Source: Pseudolabrys sp.
GTDB lineage: Bacteria > Pseudomonadota > Alphaproteobacteria > Rhizobiales > Xanthobacteraceae
DNA length: 64,000 nucleotides
Direction: 5' to 3'
NCBI GenBank assembly: GCA_035546875.1
Contig: DASZVZ010000020.1
Span: 2,371-66,370, forward strand
Part shown: positions 1 to 9,229 of the stretch, in pieces
Numbering within the stretch: position 1 is the stretch's first letter
Layout of the letters: the number at the start of each line of letters is the position of its first letter
Position numbers and translations under genes: made by a program
Notes under the pieces: model-generated
What the model was told of the DNA's origin: nothing
Database searches by the model: none
Seen by the model: the letters and a program-made list of their open reading frames with translations, nothing else

Positions 1-258
1 GGGCCCTTCGACCAGCTGTTCGTCGGCCCGTACGCTGGCTTCATCCGGCTTGGTCAAGCCGGCGATGATATCGAGCAGCGTCGATTTCCCGCAGCCGCTC
101 GGCCCCACCATGCAGACGAATTCGCCGCCGCGCACGGTGAGATTCACGTTCGCGAGCGCATGGACGCTCGCGCGCTCGGTGCGAAACCACTTGTTGACAT
201 GCTCGACGACGAGCGTCGCCGGCGGGGCGGCCTGTGGCTCGGCTGAAATCGCGCTCAT
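1..258 (-). CDS. ABC transporter ATP-binding protein (nitrate/sulfonate/taurine-type), N-terminal part only; gene runs off the window start
   Basis: Reverse translation from ATG at 258 gives MSAISAEP...FVCMVGPSGCGKSTLLDIIAG (Walker A). ATGA start/stop overlap with the upstream binding-protein gene. Confidence 0.85.
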   Translation of the reverse strand, partial: MSAISAEPQAAPPATLVVEHVNKWFRTERASVHALANVNLTVRGGEFVCMVGPSGCGKSTLLDIIAGLTKPDEASVRADEQLVEGP

Positions 259-1229
259 GGATGCGCGACCAGTTGCGCCATATCCGGTGCGCCGCGCAGA
301 AAGCCTGCCGACTGCGCGCTCGTCACGAATTTCTGCAGCGCCTCGGCCGAAATGTCGGCGGTCGCAACGATGCGCGGCCACGCACCTGCGACGAGCTCGG
401 CCGGAAACTTGGCGCGCATCTCGGCATCGAGTTCCTCGCGCACCATGTGTTGCGCCTGCTCCGGATTCTGCACGATCCAGTCCGTGAGCGCGCGGTGCGC
501 CGCGACGAACTTGCGCACAAGGTCCTTCTGCGTCGCGAGCAGGTCGACGCGCGTCACCAGGACGGTGGTAATCGCCTCGCGGTCGTCAACCAGGATCTTG
601 CCGCCCGCCTCGCGCTCGAGCCGCGACACCCAGGGCTCGACCGTCCAGACCGCGTCGAGCTGCTTCTGCTTGAACAGCCCCAGTTGATCCGGGTTGGCGG
701 TCGGCACAACCTGCGCGTCGCCGCCCGACTGCGTGATCTTCAATCCGCCGGCCTTGAGCCAGGCGCGCGCGGCAACGTCCTGCGTGTTGCCGAATTGCGG
801 CGTCGCGATTTTCTTGCCGCGGAAGTCCGCGGCGGTTTTCATCGTCGAGTCGCCCTGCACAACCAGCGCCGAGCCGCCATTGACCGCGCCGGCGACGATG
901 CGCACCTCCTGCCCACGCGATTTGGCATAAGCGTTGATCGCGGGATTCGGGCCGACATAGGTGAGGTCGATCGATTTCGCGAAGATTGCTTCCATCGCGC
1001 TCGGACCGGCGTTGTACACGTACCATTCGATCCTTACGCCGGGCCCGAGCCGTTGCTCGAACCAGCCCTTGCCTTGCCGCGACATGTTGTGCGCGACCAG
1101 AGCCTGGACGTGCGTGATGTTCGGAAAATGCCCGATGCGCAGCGTCGTCTGCGCGGCGGCAGGCGTTGCGGCCAAGGCCGCTGCAAGCAGAACTCCAATC
1201 AAGGCGGTGTGGCGGTTCAACGTCGTCAT
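255..1229 (-). CDS. ABC transporter periplasmic substrate-binding protein (NMT1/sulfonate-nitrate type)
   Basis: Track ORF 255..1424 trimmed to ATG at 1229 (MTTLNRHTALIGVLLAAALAATPAAAQ signal peptide). Typical NMT1-like SBP sequence; coupled to the downstream ATPase. Confidence 0.8.
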   Translation of the reverse strand: MTTLNRHTALIGVLLAAALAATPAAAQTTLRIGHFPNITHVQALVAHNMSRQGKGWFEQRLGPGVRIEWYVYNAGPSAMEAIFAKSIDLTYVGPNPAINAYAKSRGQEVRIVAGAVNGGSALVVQGDSTMKTAADFRGKKIATPQFGNTQDVAARAWLKAGGLKITQSGGDAQVVPTANPDQLGLFKQKQLDAVWTVEPWVSRLEREAGGKILVDDREAITTVLVTRVDLLATQKDLVRKFVAAHRALTDWIVQNPEQAQHMVREELDAEMRAKFPAELVAGAWPRIVATADISAEALQKFVTSAQSAGFLRGAPDMAQLVAHP

Positions 1230-1586
1230 CGTCACTGACCTCCCGGGAAAATCCGAGCTCGGACCATTCGAAATGTGGTGCGGGCGGACAGCTTCGCGGT
1301 AACAAAAACCGGACGCAAGAGTTCCGGAGCAAAAAGACACAAACGGTCGCCGACGGATTGTATTTGGAAATTTTTCGTGCAAATCCGCCGTTCCGCATGC
1401 GGCATTTTCGCGGGAAACGCCCAAAAACGATGCAGCCGTCGGATTTCAGGTGGAAATGGAAACGACCACGAACGTAAAAGCGCGCGTACATCCGGCGTCG
1501 CTTTATCGTCGTGGCCGTCAGACGATGGATACTCTACGCTTCCATCGCCACTTGTGGACCTTATAGCGCTAGATTGTGACGGACCG

Positions 1587-2393
1587 ATGACCGGCAAAAA
1601 GGGCAGGATTTACGCGGGGATAGGCGGGTGGACATTTGAGCCGTGGCGCGGCGTGTTCTATCCGGACAAACTGCCGCACGCGCAGGAATTGCACTATGCG
1701 AGCCGGCGCCTCACCACCATCGAGATCAACGGCACGTTTTACCGAACGCAGACGCCGAAAACGTTCGCGAAATGGGCAAGCGAGGTGCCGGACGGCTTCG
1801 TTTTCGCGGTGAAAGGCGTGCGCTACGTCACCAATCGGCGCGTGCTGGCCGAAGCGGAAAAGTCCATTCAACTGTTTCTCGATTCCGGCGTCACCGAAAT
1901 GGGCGACCGGCTCGGCCCCCTGCTCTGGCAATTCCAGCCGACCAAGAAGTTCGATCCGGATGATTTTGCAAAATTCCTGGCGCTGCTTCCGGCAAAGCAT
2001 CGCGGCATGAGCCTGCGCCATGTCGTGGAAGTGCGGCATGACTCATTTTGTACGGCGGAATTCATCGCGCTCGCCCGCAAGCATGCGGTTGCGATTTGCT
2101 ACGCCGAGCACGCAACTTATCCGGAGATCGCCGACGTCACGGCGGATTTCGTATACGGCCGCCTGCAAAAGGGCAAGGACAGCGTGATCACCGCCTATCC
2201 GCCGAAGCAGATCGACGAATGGGCCAAGCGCGCCGAGACATGGGCGAAGGGCGCCGCGCCGAAGGATCTGCCGCTCGTCGACAAGAAGCACAAGCTCGCG
2301 TCAATGCCGCGCGACGTCTATCTCTATTTCATCCACGAAGGCAAAGTGCGCGCGCCCGCCGCGGCGATGGCGCTGATCGAGCGGACCAAATGA
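1587..2393 (+). CDS. DUF72 (YecE-like) family protein
   Basis: ORF 1275..2393 trimmed to ATG 1587 (MTGKKGRIYAGIGGWTFEPWRGVFYP...INGTFYR), the DUF72 N-terminal signature as I recall it. Confidence 0.75.
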   Translation: MTGKKGRIYAGIGGWTFEPWRGVFYPDKLPHAQELHYASRRLTTIEINGTFYRTQTPKTFAKWASEVPDGFVFAVKGVRYVTNRRVLAEAEKSIQLFLDSGVTEMGDRLGPLLWQFQPTKKFDPDDFAKFLALLPAKHRGMSLRHVVEVRHDSFCTAEFIALARKHAVAICYAEHATYPEIADVTADFVYGRLQKGKDSVITAYPPKQIDEWAKRAETWAKGAAPKDLPLVDKKHKLASMPRDVYLYFIHEGKVRAPAAAMALIERTK

Positions 2394-2890
2394 AAAAGGC
2401 CAGGACGCAGGGCAAGGCGAAGCCGAAGAGCAAGACGAAAGCGCCGCTCTTCACCATCGGCTATGAGCAAGCCAAGCCCGCCGCCGTGCTCGACGAGATC
2501 GCCGGCGCCAAAATCGATGTCCTGGTCGACACCCGCGCGGTCGCGGCCTCACGCCGGCCCGGCTTCTCCAAGCGCCAGCTCGCGGCCGCGCTTGACGAAA
2601 AAGGCGTGGCCTACATCCATCTGCAAAAGCTAGGCACGCCGGCGGAAGGCCGCGAGGCCGCGCGCGCGGGCGACTATGACACGCTCTGGCAGATCTTCGA
2701 CAAGCATATCAAGGGCGCACCCGCGCAGGCGGAGCTTGGCGAACTCGTCGCGCTGGTGAAATCCGGCAAGCGGATTTGTCTCTTGTGTTATTGCCGCGAC
2801 CCGGCCCACTGCCACCGCAGCCGTATTTCCGCGCTGGTGAAGAAGCGCACCGGCGTCAAAATCGACGACCTGATCCCGCCGCTGTTCTGA
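2390..2890 (+). CDS. DUF488 family protein
   Basis: ATG 2390 overlaps the DUF72 stop (ATGA). Contains FTIGYE...VLVDTR...SKRQL...LLCYCRDPAHCHR, typical of DUF488. Confidence 0.75.
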   Translation: MKKARTQGKAKPKSKTKAPLFTIGYEQAKPAAVLDEIAGAKIDVLVDTRAVAASRRPGFSKRQLAAALDEKGVAYIHLQKLGTPAEGREAARAGDYDTLWQIFDKHIKGAPAQAELGELVALVKSGKRICLLCYCRDPAHCHRSRISALVKKRTGVKIDDLIPPLF

Positions 2891-4114
2891 TCATTCCGCG
2901 GGCTGCACCGCGCGCTGCCGCCCCTCGACACTTACGATCATCGCGACAAGTCCGATCGTCGCGATGAACAACAGCAGCGCGATCGCCGCGTTGGCGCCGA
3001 GGACGAGCGTGAAGCCGCCGGTCTGGTGCAGGACCGAGATCATGCCGATGGCGGCGCCGGCGCTTACGAACAGCAGGAAATAACGCACGGCGTACACACG
3101 GCCGCGCCAGGCATCGGCTGTGTAGCGCGCCATGATCATGTCGTTGACGGTCACCTGCCCGTAGATCGCCGCCACCGAGACCGCAAGCGCGACCATCAGG
3201 TTCATGCCGCCGGCATAGGCGGCCCACAGATTGCCGATGAAGCCCAAGCCCGTCACCGCGGCAAAGATGATGTGCGGCGGCACCCATTCGACCAGACGCC
3301 CGACCGTGAGCTGCGCCAGCGCGCCGCACACCAGCACCGCGGTCGCGATGCTGCCGACGATCACCAGCGGCATGTCGGCGGAGAGCCGCTCGTCGACGAT
3401 CTTCGGCAGCGCGATGGTCAGCACGTTGAACACGAGGCCTGCGCTCAACGCGATGATGATGAACAGGCCGAACAGCATCACCGCGAGCTTCGGCGTCAGC
3501 GGCACGGCCGGCTTGGTCACGCGCTTGTCGGCGTGGTGGCGGTCATCCGGGGTGAGCATGAAATACGCGACGCCGACCGCGATCGAGAGTGCCGCCGGCA
3601 CAAAAAAGGCCGCGCGCCAGCTCAGCCAGTACGCAAGCGCGCCGCTGATGCCGGCGGCAAGCGAGACGCCGAGGTTGCCGCACACGCCGTTAAAGGCGAG
3701 CGTGCGCCCCCTCGCCTTCGAGGCTTCGATCAGCATAGCCATCCCGACCGGATGATAGATCGCGGCAAACACGCCCAGCATGAACATCGCGGCCGACAGC
3801 GTGAACAAATTCGGCGCGAGGCCGATCGCAATCAGCGACAAGCCGCAGCCGATGTAGAATAGCGTCATCATGTTCCGGCGGCTCCAGCGGTCGGCAAGCC
3901 AGCCCGCAGGCAGCGAGAAGATACCGAAAGCGACGAATGCCGTGCTCGACAACGCGATCAGTTCGCTATACGGGCGATTGTAGACCACCTCGAGTCCGAT
4001 CACGACGGTCGGATAGATCAGCAGCACGAAGTGGTCGATCGCATGCGCCACGTTGAGGAATGCGATCGAGCGACGCGTTTCAATATCGGCGGCGGAAGCG
4101 GAAACGTCGGTCAT
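2891..4114 (-). CDS. MFS transporter
   Basis: Track ORF 2891..4159. Twelve-helix-like hydrophobic profile with an MFS loop motif (LADRWSRRN). ATG at 4114 preferred (MTDVSASAAD). Confidence 0.8.
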   Translation of the reverse strand: MTDVSASAADIETRRSIAFLNVAHAIDHFVLLIYPTVVIGLEVVYNRPYSELIALSSTAFVAFGIFSLPAGWLADRWSRRNMMTLFYIGCGLSLIAIGLAPNLFTLSAAMFMLGVFAAIYHPVGMAMLIEASKARGRTLAFNGVCGNLGVSLAAGISGALAYWLSWRAAFFVPAALSIAVGVAYFMLTPDDRHHADKRVTKPAVPLTPKLAVMLFGLFIIIALSAGLVFNVLTIALPKIVDERLSADMPLVIVGSIATAVLVCGALAQLTVGRLVEWVPPHIIFAAVTGLGFIGNLWAAYAGGMNLMVALAVSVAAIYGQVTVNDMIMARYTADAWRGRVYAVRYFLLFVSAGAAIGMISVLHQTGGFTLVLGANAAIALLLFIATIGLVAMIVSVEGRQRAVQPAE

Positions 4115-4291
4115 AAAGGCCTCAGGTGCCCGCGCGGACGCGAAACCATTTGCACGCATATAGCTGGTTCGCTTTCGCTATCCTATTCGCTTTTTTGCAG
4201 ACCGGCCTCGACACTAATGCGGAGACACGCTTTAGTTGTACCCCTAACCGGCGCGTGACAGGCCGGAATCAAACGGGGCTTGGGGGCCTCG

Positions 4292-5017
4292 ATGTGTGGG
4301 AGGCGCGTCTACGCGGCGGCGTCCGTCGCCGCGGCCTTCGTGATCGTGGCGAGTAGCGTGTCGGCGGAGCCGGTCGGGGCCGACAGCGCACGGTTCATTT
4401 TTTTCTCAGGCGTCGACCTCTGGCGCGAAGGTAGCTTCGCGCATGGCGGCCTCTTGTGGTCGCCCGGCGGACTTGCGCAGGAAGGCTTCACACTCAAGGC
4501 GCTGATTTCGGGCGGCAGCTACCGCTATTTTTCCGGCGGCCTCGGCACGACGGTCAACGGCACCGAGACCACCGCACAGTTCCTGCCCGGCTGGCGCTTC
4601 AAACACGGCACGATGGATCTGCAAGTCTTCGCCGGCCTGGACGTCGAGGAGCATCGCCTCTCGCCCGACGATCCTTCGAGCGGTTTGCGTGGACATGATG
4701 TCGGCGTACGCGGCGCCTTCGATTTCTGGTACGAGCCCGCGCCCGGTATGATGGTTGCGGCCGACGGCTCGCTCTCGTCCATTATCGGTACCTATTCGGC
4801 ACGCGGTGCGCTCGGCTGGCGCGCATTCGGTCTCGCCTATGTCGGCCCGGAAGCGCAGACCTACGCCTGCGACGGCTATCGCGAGATTCGTCTCGGCATG
4901 CACATAACTGGCCTGAAGACCGGCCAATTCGAATGGTCGATCGCCGCCGGATGGGCGCGCGATTCCGACGCGCGCACCGGCGCCTATGGCCGCGTCAGCG
5001 TGATGATGCGGCGCTAG
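4292..5017 (+). CDS. Secreted beta-barrel-like protein, BcsS-like (cellulose biosynthesis protein S family?)
   Basis: Signal peptide (VAAAFVIVASSVSAEP). Alternating aromatic/Gly-rich strands; resemblance to BcsS is from memory only. Confidence 0.5.
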   Translation: MCGRRVYAAASVAAAFVIVASSVSAEPVGADSARFIFFSGVDLWREGSFAHGGLLWSPGGLAQEGFTLKALISGGSYRYFSGGLGTTVNGTETTAQFLPGWRFKHGTMDLQVFAGLDVEEHRLSPDDPSSGLRGHDVGVRGAFDFWYEPAPGMMVAADGSLSSIIGTYSARGALGWRAFGLAYVGPEAQTYACDGYREIRLGMHITGLKTGQFEWSIAAGWARDSDARTGAYGRVSVMMRR

Positions 5018-5071
5018 CCCATGATCCCGAAAAGGGACACCGGCTTTCGGAAAGGATATTGCGCAAACGCA

Positions 5072-6232
5072 TCAATCCAATGTGCGGCGGAAGCGCGTGA
5101 CGGCTATCGTCATCGCGACCAGCATCAGGCCGGCGAGCGCGACCGCGTCGAAGCGCATATCGGCGATGGTCGAGCCCTTGAGCATGATCGAACGAACGAT
5201 GCGGAGGTAATGCGTGAGCGGCAGCGCCTCGCCGATCCATTGCGCCCAGCGTGGCATGCCGGCGAACGGAAACATGAAGCCGGACAGGAGAATGTTCGGC
5301 AGGAAAAACATGATCGACATCTGCATCGCCTGTAGCTGGTTCTGCGCCACCGTCGAGAACGTGTAGCCGATCGACAGGTTCGCGGCGATGAACAGTGTCG
5401 ACAGCAGCGCGAGCATGCCGAGACTGCCGATGATCGGTACGCCGAACACCAGGATTCCGATGCCGATGATCAGCGTCGCCTGGAGAAAACCGACGAGAAT
5501 GTAGGGAATGATCTTGCCGAGCATGATCTCAACCGGCGTGATCGGCATCGACAGGAGGCTTTCCATGGTGCCACGCTCGATCTCGCGCGTGACCGACAGC
5601 GCGGTGAAGATCAGCATCGTCATAGTGAGGATGGTGCCGACGAGGCCGGGCACAATGTTCAACTGGCTCGAGCCTGCCGGGTTGTAGCGCGGATGCGCGC
5701 GAATCTCGAACGCCGGCCGGCCGGCGTCCGGCACCGCGCGGTCGTGATCGAGCGCGCTTTGCACGATCTCGCCGAGCGCGCCGAGCGCCGAGCCGGACGC
5801 CACCGGATCGGTGGCGTCCGCGGCGACCAGCATCGCCGGCTTGTCGCCGCGCCGCACGGCTCGCTCGAAATTCGCGGGGATCTCGATCGCAAACAGCACC
5901 TTGCCGGAAGCCAGCAATTGGTCGAGCTCGGCTTCGGTATGCGGAAGCTGTGTGACCTTGAAATATTTCGTGTTTTCCAGTGCCGCCAGGATCGAGCGTG
6001 CAATGTCGCTGCGTTCCTGCAAGAGCACCGCCGTCGGTAGGTCGCGCGGCGTCGTGTTGATCGCGTAGCCGAACAGCAGAAGCTGGATCAGCGGGATCAT
6101 GATGATCATGGCGAACGAGACGCGGTCGCGCTTGAGCTGGATGAATTCCTTGATCAGCACCGCCCAGGTCTTGCGCCAGAAGCCGTCGCCCTTTAGCCGC
6201 CGCGCCGGTGCGCTCGGGATGACGTGCGTCAT
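5072..6232 (-). CDS. ABC-2 type transporter permease
   Basis: 386 aa with an N-terminal TM, a large loop and then five TMs (YbhS/YhhJ-like). ATGA-type overlap with the upstream ATPase. Confidence 0.85.
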   Translation of the reverse strand: MTHVIPSAPARRLKGDGFWRKTWAVLIKEFIQLKRDRVSFAMIIMIPLIQLLLFGYAINTTPRDLPTAVLLQERSDIARSILAALENTKYFKVTQLPHTEAELDQLLASGKVLFAIEIPANFERAVRRGDKPAMLVAADATDPVASGSALGALGEIVQSALDHDRAVPDAGRPAFEIRAHPRYNPAGSSQLNIVPGLVGTILTMTMLIFTALSVTREIERGTMESLLSMPITPVEIMLGKIIPYILVGFLQATLIIGIGILVFGVPIIGSLGMLALLSTLFIAANLSIGYTFSTVAQNQLQAMQMSIMFFLPNILLSGFMFPFAGMPRWAQWIGEALPLTHYLRIVRSIMLKGSTIADMRFDAVALAGLMLVAMTIAVTRFRRTLD

Positions 6233-7167
6233 TGGAAATTGTCCTTGGCCTTGCTCATCAGGTCGATGAACACGTCCTCCAGCGACGGCTCTCCACGCCG
6301 CCAGGTGAAACCTTCGTGCTGGCGGTAAGGCGCAATCGCCTTATCGAGGGCGGCCGCGTCGCGGCCAGACACGTGCAGGCTGGTGCCGAACGGCGCCACC
6401 ATGTTGACGCCGGGCTTGCCCGCGAGCTCGTCGGAAAGCTTGTTCAGCCCTTCGCCGTTCGCGGCGCCGACGATGTAGGTCGTCAGGTGCGAGGAGGCGA
6501 TGACCTCCTCGACCGTGCCGCGCGCGAGCAGATTGCCGTAAGCGATATAGGCAATCTCGTGGCATCGCTCGGCTTCGTCCATGTAGTGCGTCGAGACGAG
6601 CACGGTGAGACCGTCGGCTGCGAGCGCATGGATCTCGTTCCAGAACTCGCGCCGCGCCTTCGGATCGACCCCGGCGGTCGGCTCATCGAGCAGCAGCAAT
6701 TGCGGGCTCGGCAGCGTGCAGGCGCCGAGCGCGAGGCGCTGCTTCCAGCCGCCCGACAACTCTCCCGCAAGCTGCTGCTCGCGGCCGGACAATCCCAGCC
6801 GCTCGATCGCCGCGCGCGCGGCGGCGGCCGGATTGGCAATGCCGTAGACGCGCGCGATGAATTCCAGGTTCTCGCGCACCGACAGGTCCTGATAGAGGCT
6901 GAAGCGTTGCGTCATGTAGCCGACCTGACGCTTGATCTTGTCGGTCTCGGTGCGAATGTCGTAGCCGAGACAGGTGCCCTCGCCTTCGTCCGGCGTAAGC
7001 AGGCCGCACAGCATGCGGATCGTCGTCGTCTTGCCGGAGCCGTTCGGTCCGAGGAAGCCGTAGATCGTGCCGCGCGCCACCTGCATCGACAGGTCGCGCA
7101 CCACCGTGCGGCCGTCGAAACTCTTGGTCAGGCCGTGCACGTCGATGACGATGTCGGCGGCGTTCAT
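6229..7167 (-). CDS. ABC transporter ATP-binding protein
   Basis: GPNGSGKTT Walker A, LSGGWKQRL signature and LLLLDEPT Walker B. Confidence 0.9.
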   Translation of the reverse strand: MNAADIVIDVHGLTKSFDGRTVVRDLSMQVARGTIYGFLGPNGSGKTTTIRMLCGLLTPDEGEGTCLGYDIRTETDKIKRQVGYMTQRFSLYQDLSVRENLEFIARVYGIANPAAAARAAIERLGLSGREQQLAGELSGGWKQRLALGACTLPSPQLLLLDEPTAGVDPKARREFWNEIHALAADGLTVLVSTHYMDEAERCHEIAYIAYGNLLARGTVEEVIASSHLTTYIVGAANGEGLNKLSDELAGKPGVNMVAPFGTSLHVSGRDAAALDKAIAPYRQHEGFTWRRGEPSLEDVFIDLMSKAKDNFQ

Positions 7168-7949
7168 TTCGCCACCTTCCGCGCCGTGTCGTCCGGCAGG
7201 GCGACGCTGACCGGCTGGCCGACACGGAATTTTTCCGGATGCTCCGGCCGTGCCTCGACCATGAAGACAAGCTTGGCGCGCTCTTCGAGGCTGTAGATCA
7301 CGGGCGGCGTGAACTCGGCGCTGCGCGCGATGAAGCTGACCTTCGCGCTCAATCCTTGCTCGCAGCCGTCGCAGCTCACCCCGACGCTTGCGCCGAGCTT
7401 GATGTCGGCGAGCGCCGTTTCCGGCACGAAGAAACGGATCTTCAAATTAGGCGGCGGCAGGATCGCAACAACGGGCTTGCCGGCCGGCACCATCTCGCCG
7501 GCGCGGTAATAAACCTGCTCGATCGTGCCGGCGACCGGACTGAACACGCGCCGTCGCGTCAGTCTGGTCTGCGCCGAAGCGAGGTTGGCATTGGCCTGAC
7601 GCAGTGCCGCTTCGGCATCGTCATACGTTTTCTGCGTGCCGGCTGCGGTTTTCAGCAGCTCTTTCGCACGGTCGAAGGTTTGCTGTGCATTGGTGACGGC
7701 GGCCTTTCTCACGGTGAGGTCCGCCTGTTGCAGATCGTCGTCGACGGTGAAAAGCGGCGCGCCTTTGCCGACCGCATCGCCCTCGCGCACACTCAGCGTT
7801 TCGACGCGGCCAGTCTCGTCGGGACTGACGAAGATCAGATCGGCCTCGACCCAGCCTTGCGCCATTTTCGTCTTGTTGTCGTCGCAGCCAGCAAGCGCGA
7901 GCGACGCGCCGATCAACAGGAACCCCAAAATGCGCGAAGAAAAAGTCAT
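7164..7949 (-). CDS. HlyD-family membrane fusion lipoprotein
   Basis: Lipobox LALAGC; coiled-coil and barrel-sandwich sequence. Overlaps both neighbouring genes by 4 nt. Confidence 0.85.
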   Translation of the reverse strand: MTFSSRILGFLLIGASLALAGCDDNKTKMAQGWVEADLIFVSPDETGRVETLSVREGDAVGKGAPLFTVDDDLQQADLTVRKAAVTNAQQTFDRAKELLKTAAGTQKTYDDAEAALRQANANLASAQTRLTRRRVFSPVAGTIEQVYYRAGEMVPAGKPVVAILPPPNLKIRFFVPETALADIKLGASVGVSCDGCEQGLSAKVSFIARSAEFTPPVIYSLEERAKLVFMVEARPEHPEKFRVGQPVSVALPDDTARKVAK

Positions 7950-8626
7950 GGCGCCCTCCCCGGGCCGAACAACAAATCGACATGCGCCCGCATCAACGCC
8001 TCGACATCGAGCGGCGCGAAGCGGTCGAACAAACCGTTCCAGATGATGGCGACGACGCCCGGCGCGGCGATCAACTGCGGGAAACGCGCGAGCGCTTCGG
8101 GCACCTCGCCGCGCGCGGCGGCCCGCGTCATCAACGCGCGCACAGCCGTCATGATGTGCGAGAGCACCTCGCGATAGTAGAATTCGGCGAGCTTCGGGAA
8201 GCGGCGGCCCTCGCTGATCATGAGGCGCACGACATCCTTGCGTTTCGTTCCGAAGATTTCGTGCACGAACAGCTGCACGATGCGCTCGGCCAGCATGGCG
8301 ACCGGAATGTCGGCCTTGCCAAGCGCCTCGATGGTCCCGACCAGCGGCGTCAGCGTCGAACGGATGAGCTCCTGAAACAGGCTCTCTTTGTCGCGGAAAT
8401 AGAGATAGATCGTGCCCTTGGCGATGCCCGCCCGTTTGGCCACGTCGTCGAGCCGCGTCGCCGCAAAGCCGCGCTCGGAAAATTCCTCCAGCGCCGCCGT
8501 CAGGATCGCTTCGCGCCGCGCGGCGCTGCGCGCTTCGCGTGCGTTACCCCGCCCGCGCGCGGTGGCAGCGTGCGCCGAAGCGGGCGTTTTCGGTGAGGAA
8601 CGTGCTTTGCTGCGCGGCCTGGGCAT
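7946..8626 (-). CDS. TetR/AcrR family transcriptional regulator
   Basis: TetR-type HTH (FAATRLDDVAKRAGIAKGTIYLYFRDKE). First gene of the efflux operon. Confidence 0.9.
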   Translation of the reverse strand: MPRPRSKARSSPKTPASAHAATARGRGNAREARSAARREAILTAALEEFSERGFAATRLDDVAKRAGIAKGTIYLYFRDKESLFQELIRSTLTPLVGTIEALGKADIPVAMLAERIVQLFVHEIFGTKRKDVVRLMISEGRRFPKLAEFYYREVLSHIMTAVRALMTRAAARGEVPEALARFPQLIAAPGVVAIIWNGLFDRFAPLDVEALMRAHVDLLFGPGRAP

Positions 8627-8636
8627 GGGAAAATAC

Positions 8637-8654
8637 TGACTGACCGGTCAGTCA
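8637..8654. promoter_or_regulatory. Perfect 18-bp palindrome TGACTGACCGGTCAGTCA; candidate TetR operator
   Basis: Read directly from the sequence. Lies 11 nt upstream of the TetR ATG (8626). Confidence 0.6.
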
Positions 8655-8758
8655 TTTATAATGCCGGGCGAAGGTCCGCGCAAGGGCAAAAAAATATCCT
8701 TGCAAATCAACCCATTAGGTCTTGGAAAAGACGATGGTCCGGCAGCGGCGACGGCGGC

Positions 8759-9160
8759 TCAGCCCTTGGCGTCGCAGAAGAACGTGCGGATCATGCAGTC
8801 CTTGCCGCCATCCTTGTAGCAGGAGCGCAATGCATCGTTCTGCGCGGTGCCGAGGCGCGAGGCCTTGCCCCAGCCGTGCGCGCCGCACGGATCGGTCCCG
8901 TCGACCGCGAAGGCGGCGCAACCGTGCCTGGTCGTGGTCACGATGCGGCAGGGTTTGCCTTCGCATTTGCCGAGCGCGCTTTCGCTGGCTTCCTTGGCAT
9001 TGGGGAAATCGTAGGCCTGCCCGTAAGCGCCGCATTTGCCGATCGCCAGCGCGCCCGCGGCCCGCGCCGCATTCACCGTGACGAACATCAACGTTACGGT
9101 GGCAAGCAGAAGCGTCGCGGCGACAACCGCGCGAATGGCTGGCGTCCAGATATCTGTCAT
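8759..9160 (-). CDS. DUF4189-like secreted Cys-containing protein
   Basis: Signal/TM segment followed by GALAIGKCGAYGQAYDF...ALGKCEG...C. ATG at 9160. Confidence 0.6.
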   Translation of the reverse strand: MTDIWTPAIRAVVAATLLLATVTLMFVTVNAARAAGALAIGKCGAYGQAYDFPNAKEASESALGKCEGKPCRIVTTTRHGCAAFAVDGTDPCGAHGWGKASRLGTAQNDALRSCYKDGGKDCMIRTFFCDAKG

Positions 9161-9229
9161 TCCCACCCTCACCCAATTCCGGTCGCAAGCTAGGGGGTGA
9201 GTCGGCCCGACCGATCAATGATTCGAGTC

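Noticed and set aside
1230-1586. Possible TPP or other riboswitch upstream of the NMT1-like binding protein; also a nested hairpin at 1511-1551
   Set aside because: One segment loosely resembles ACCUGA...GC, but the CUGAGA core and the paired-helix architecture of the THI-box are absent. The hairpin alone does not identify any known RNA class.
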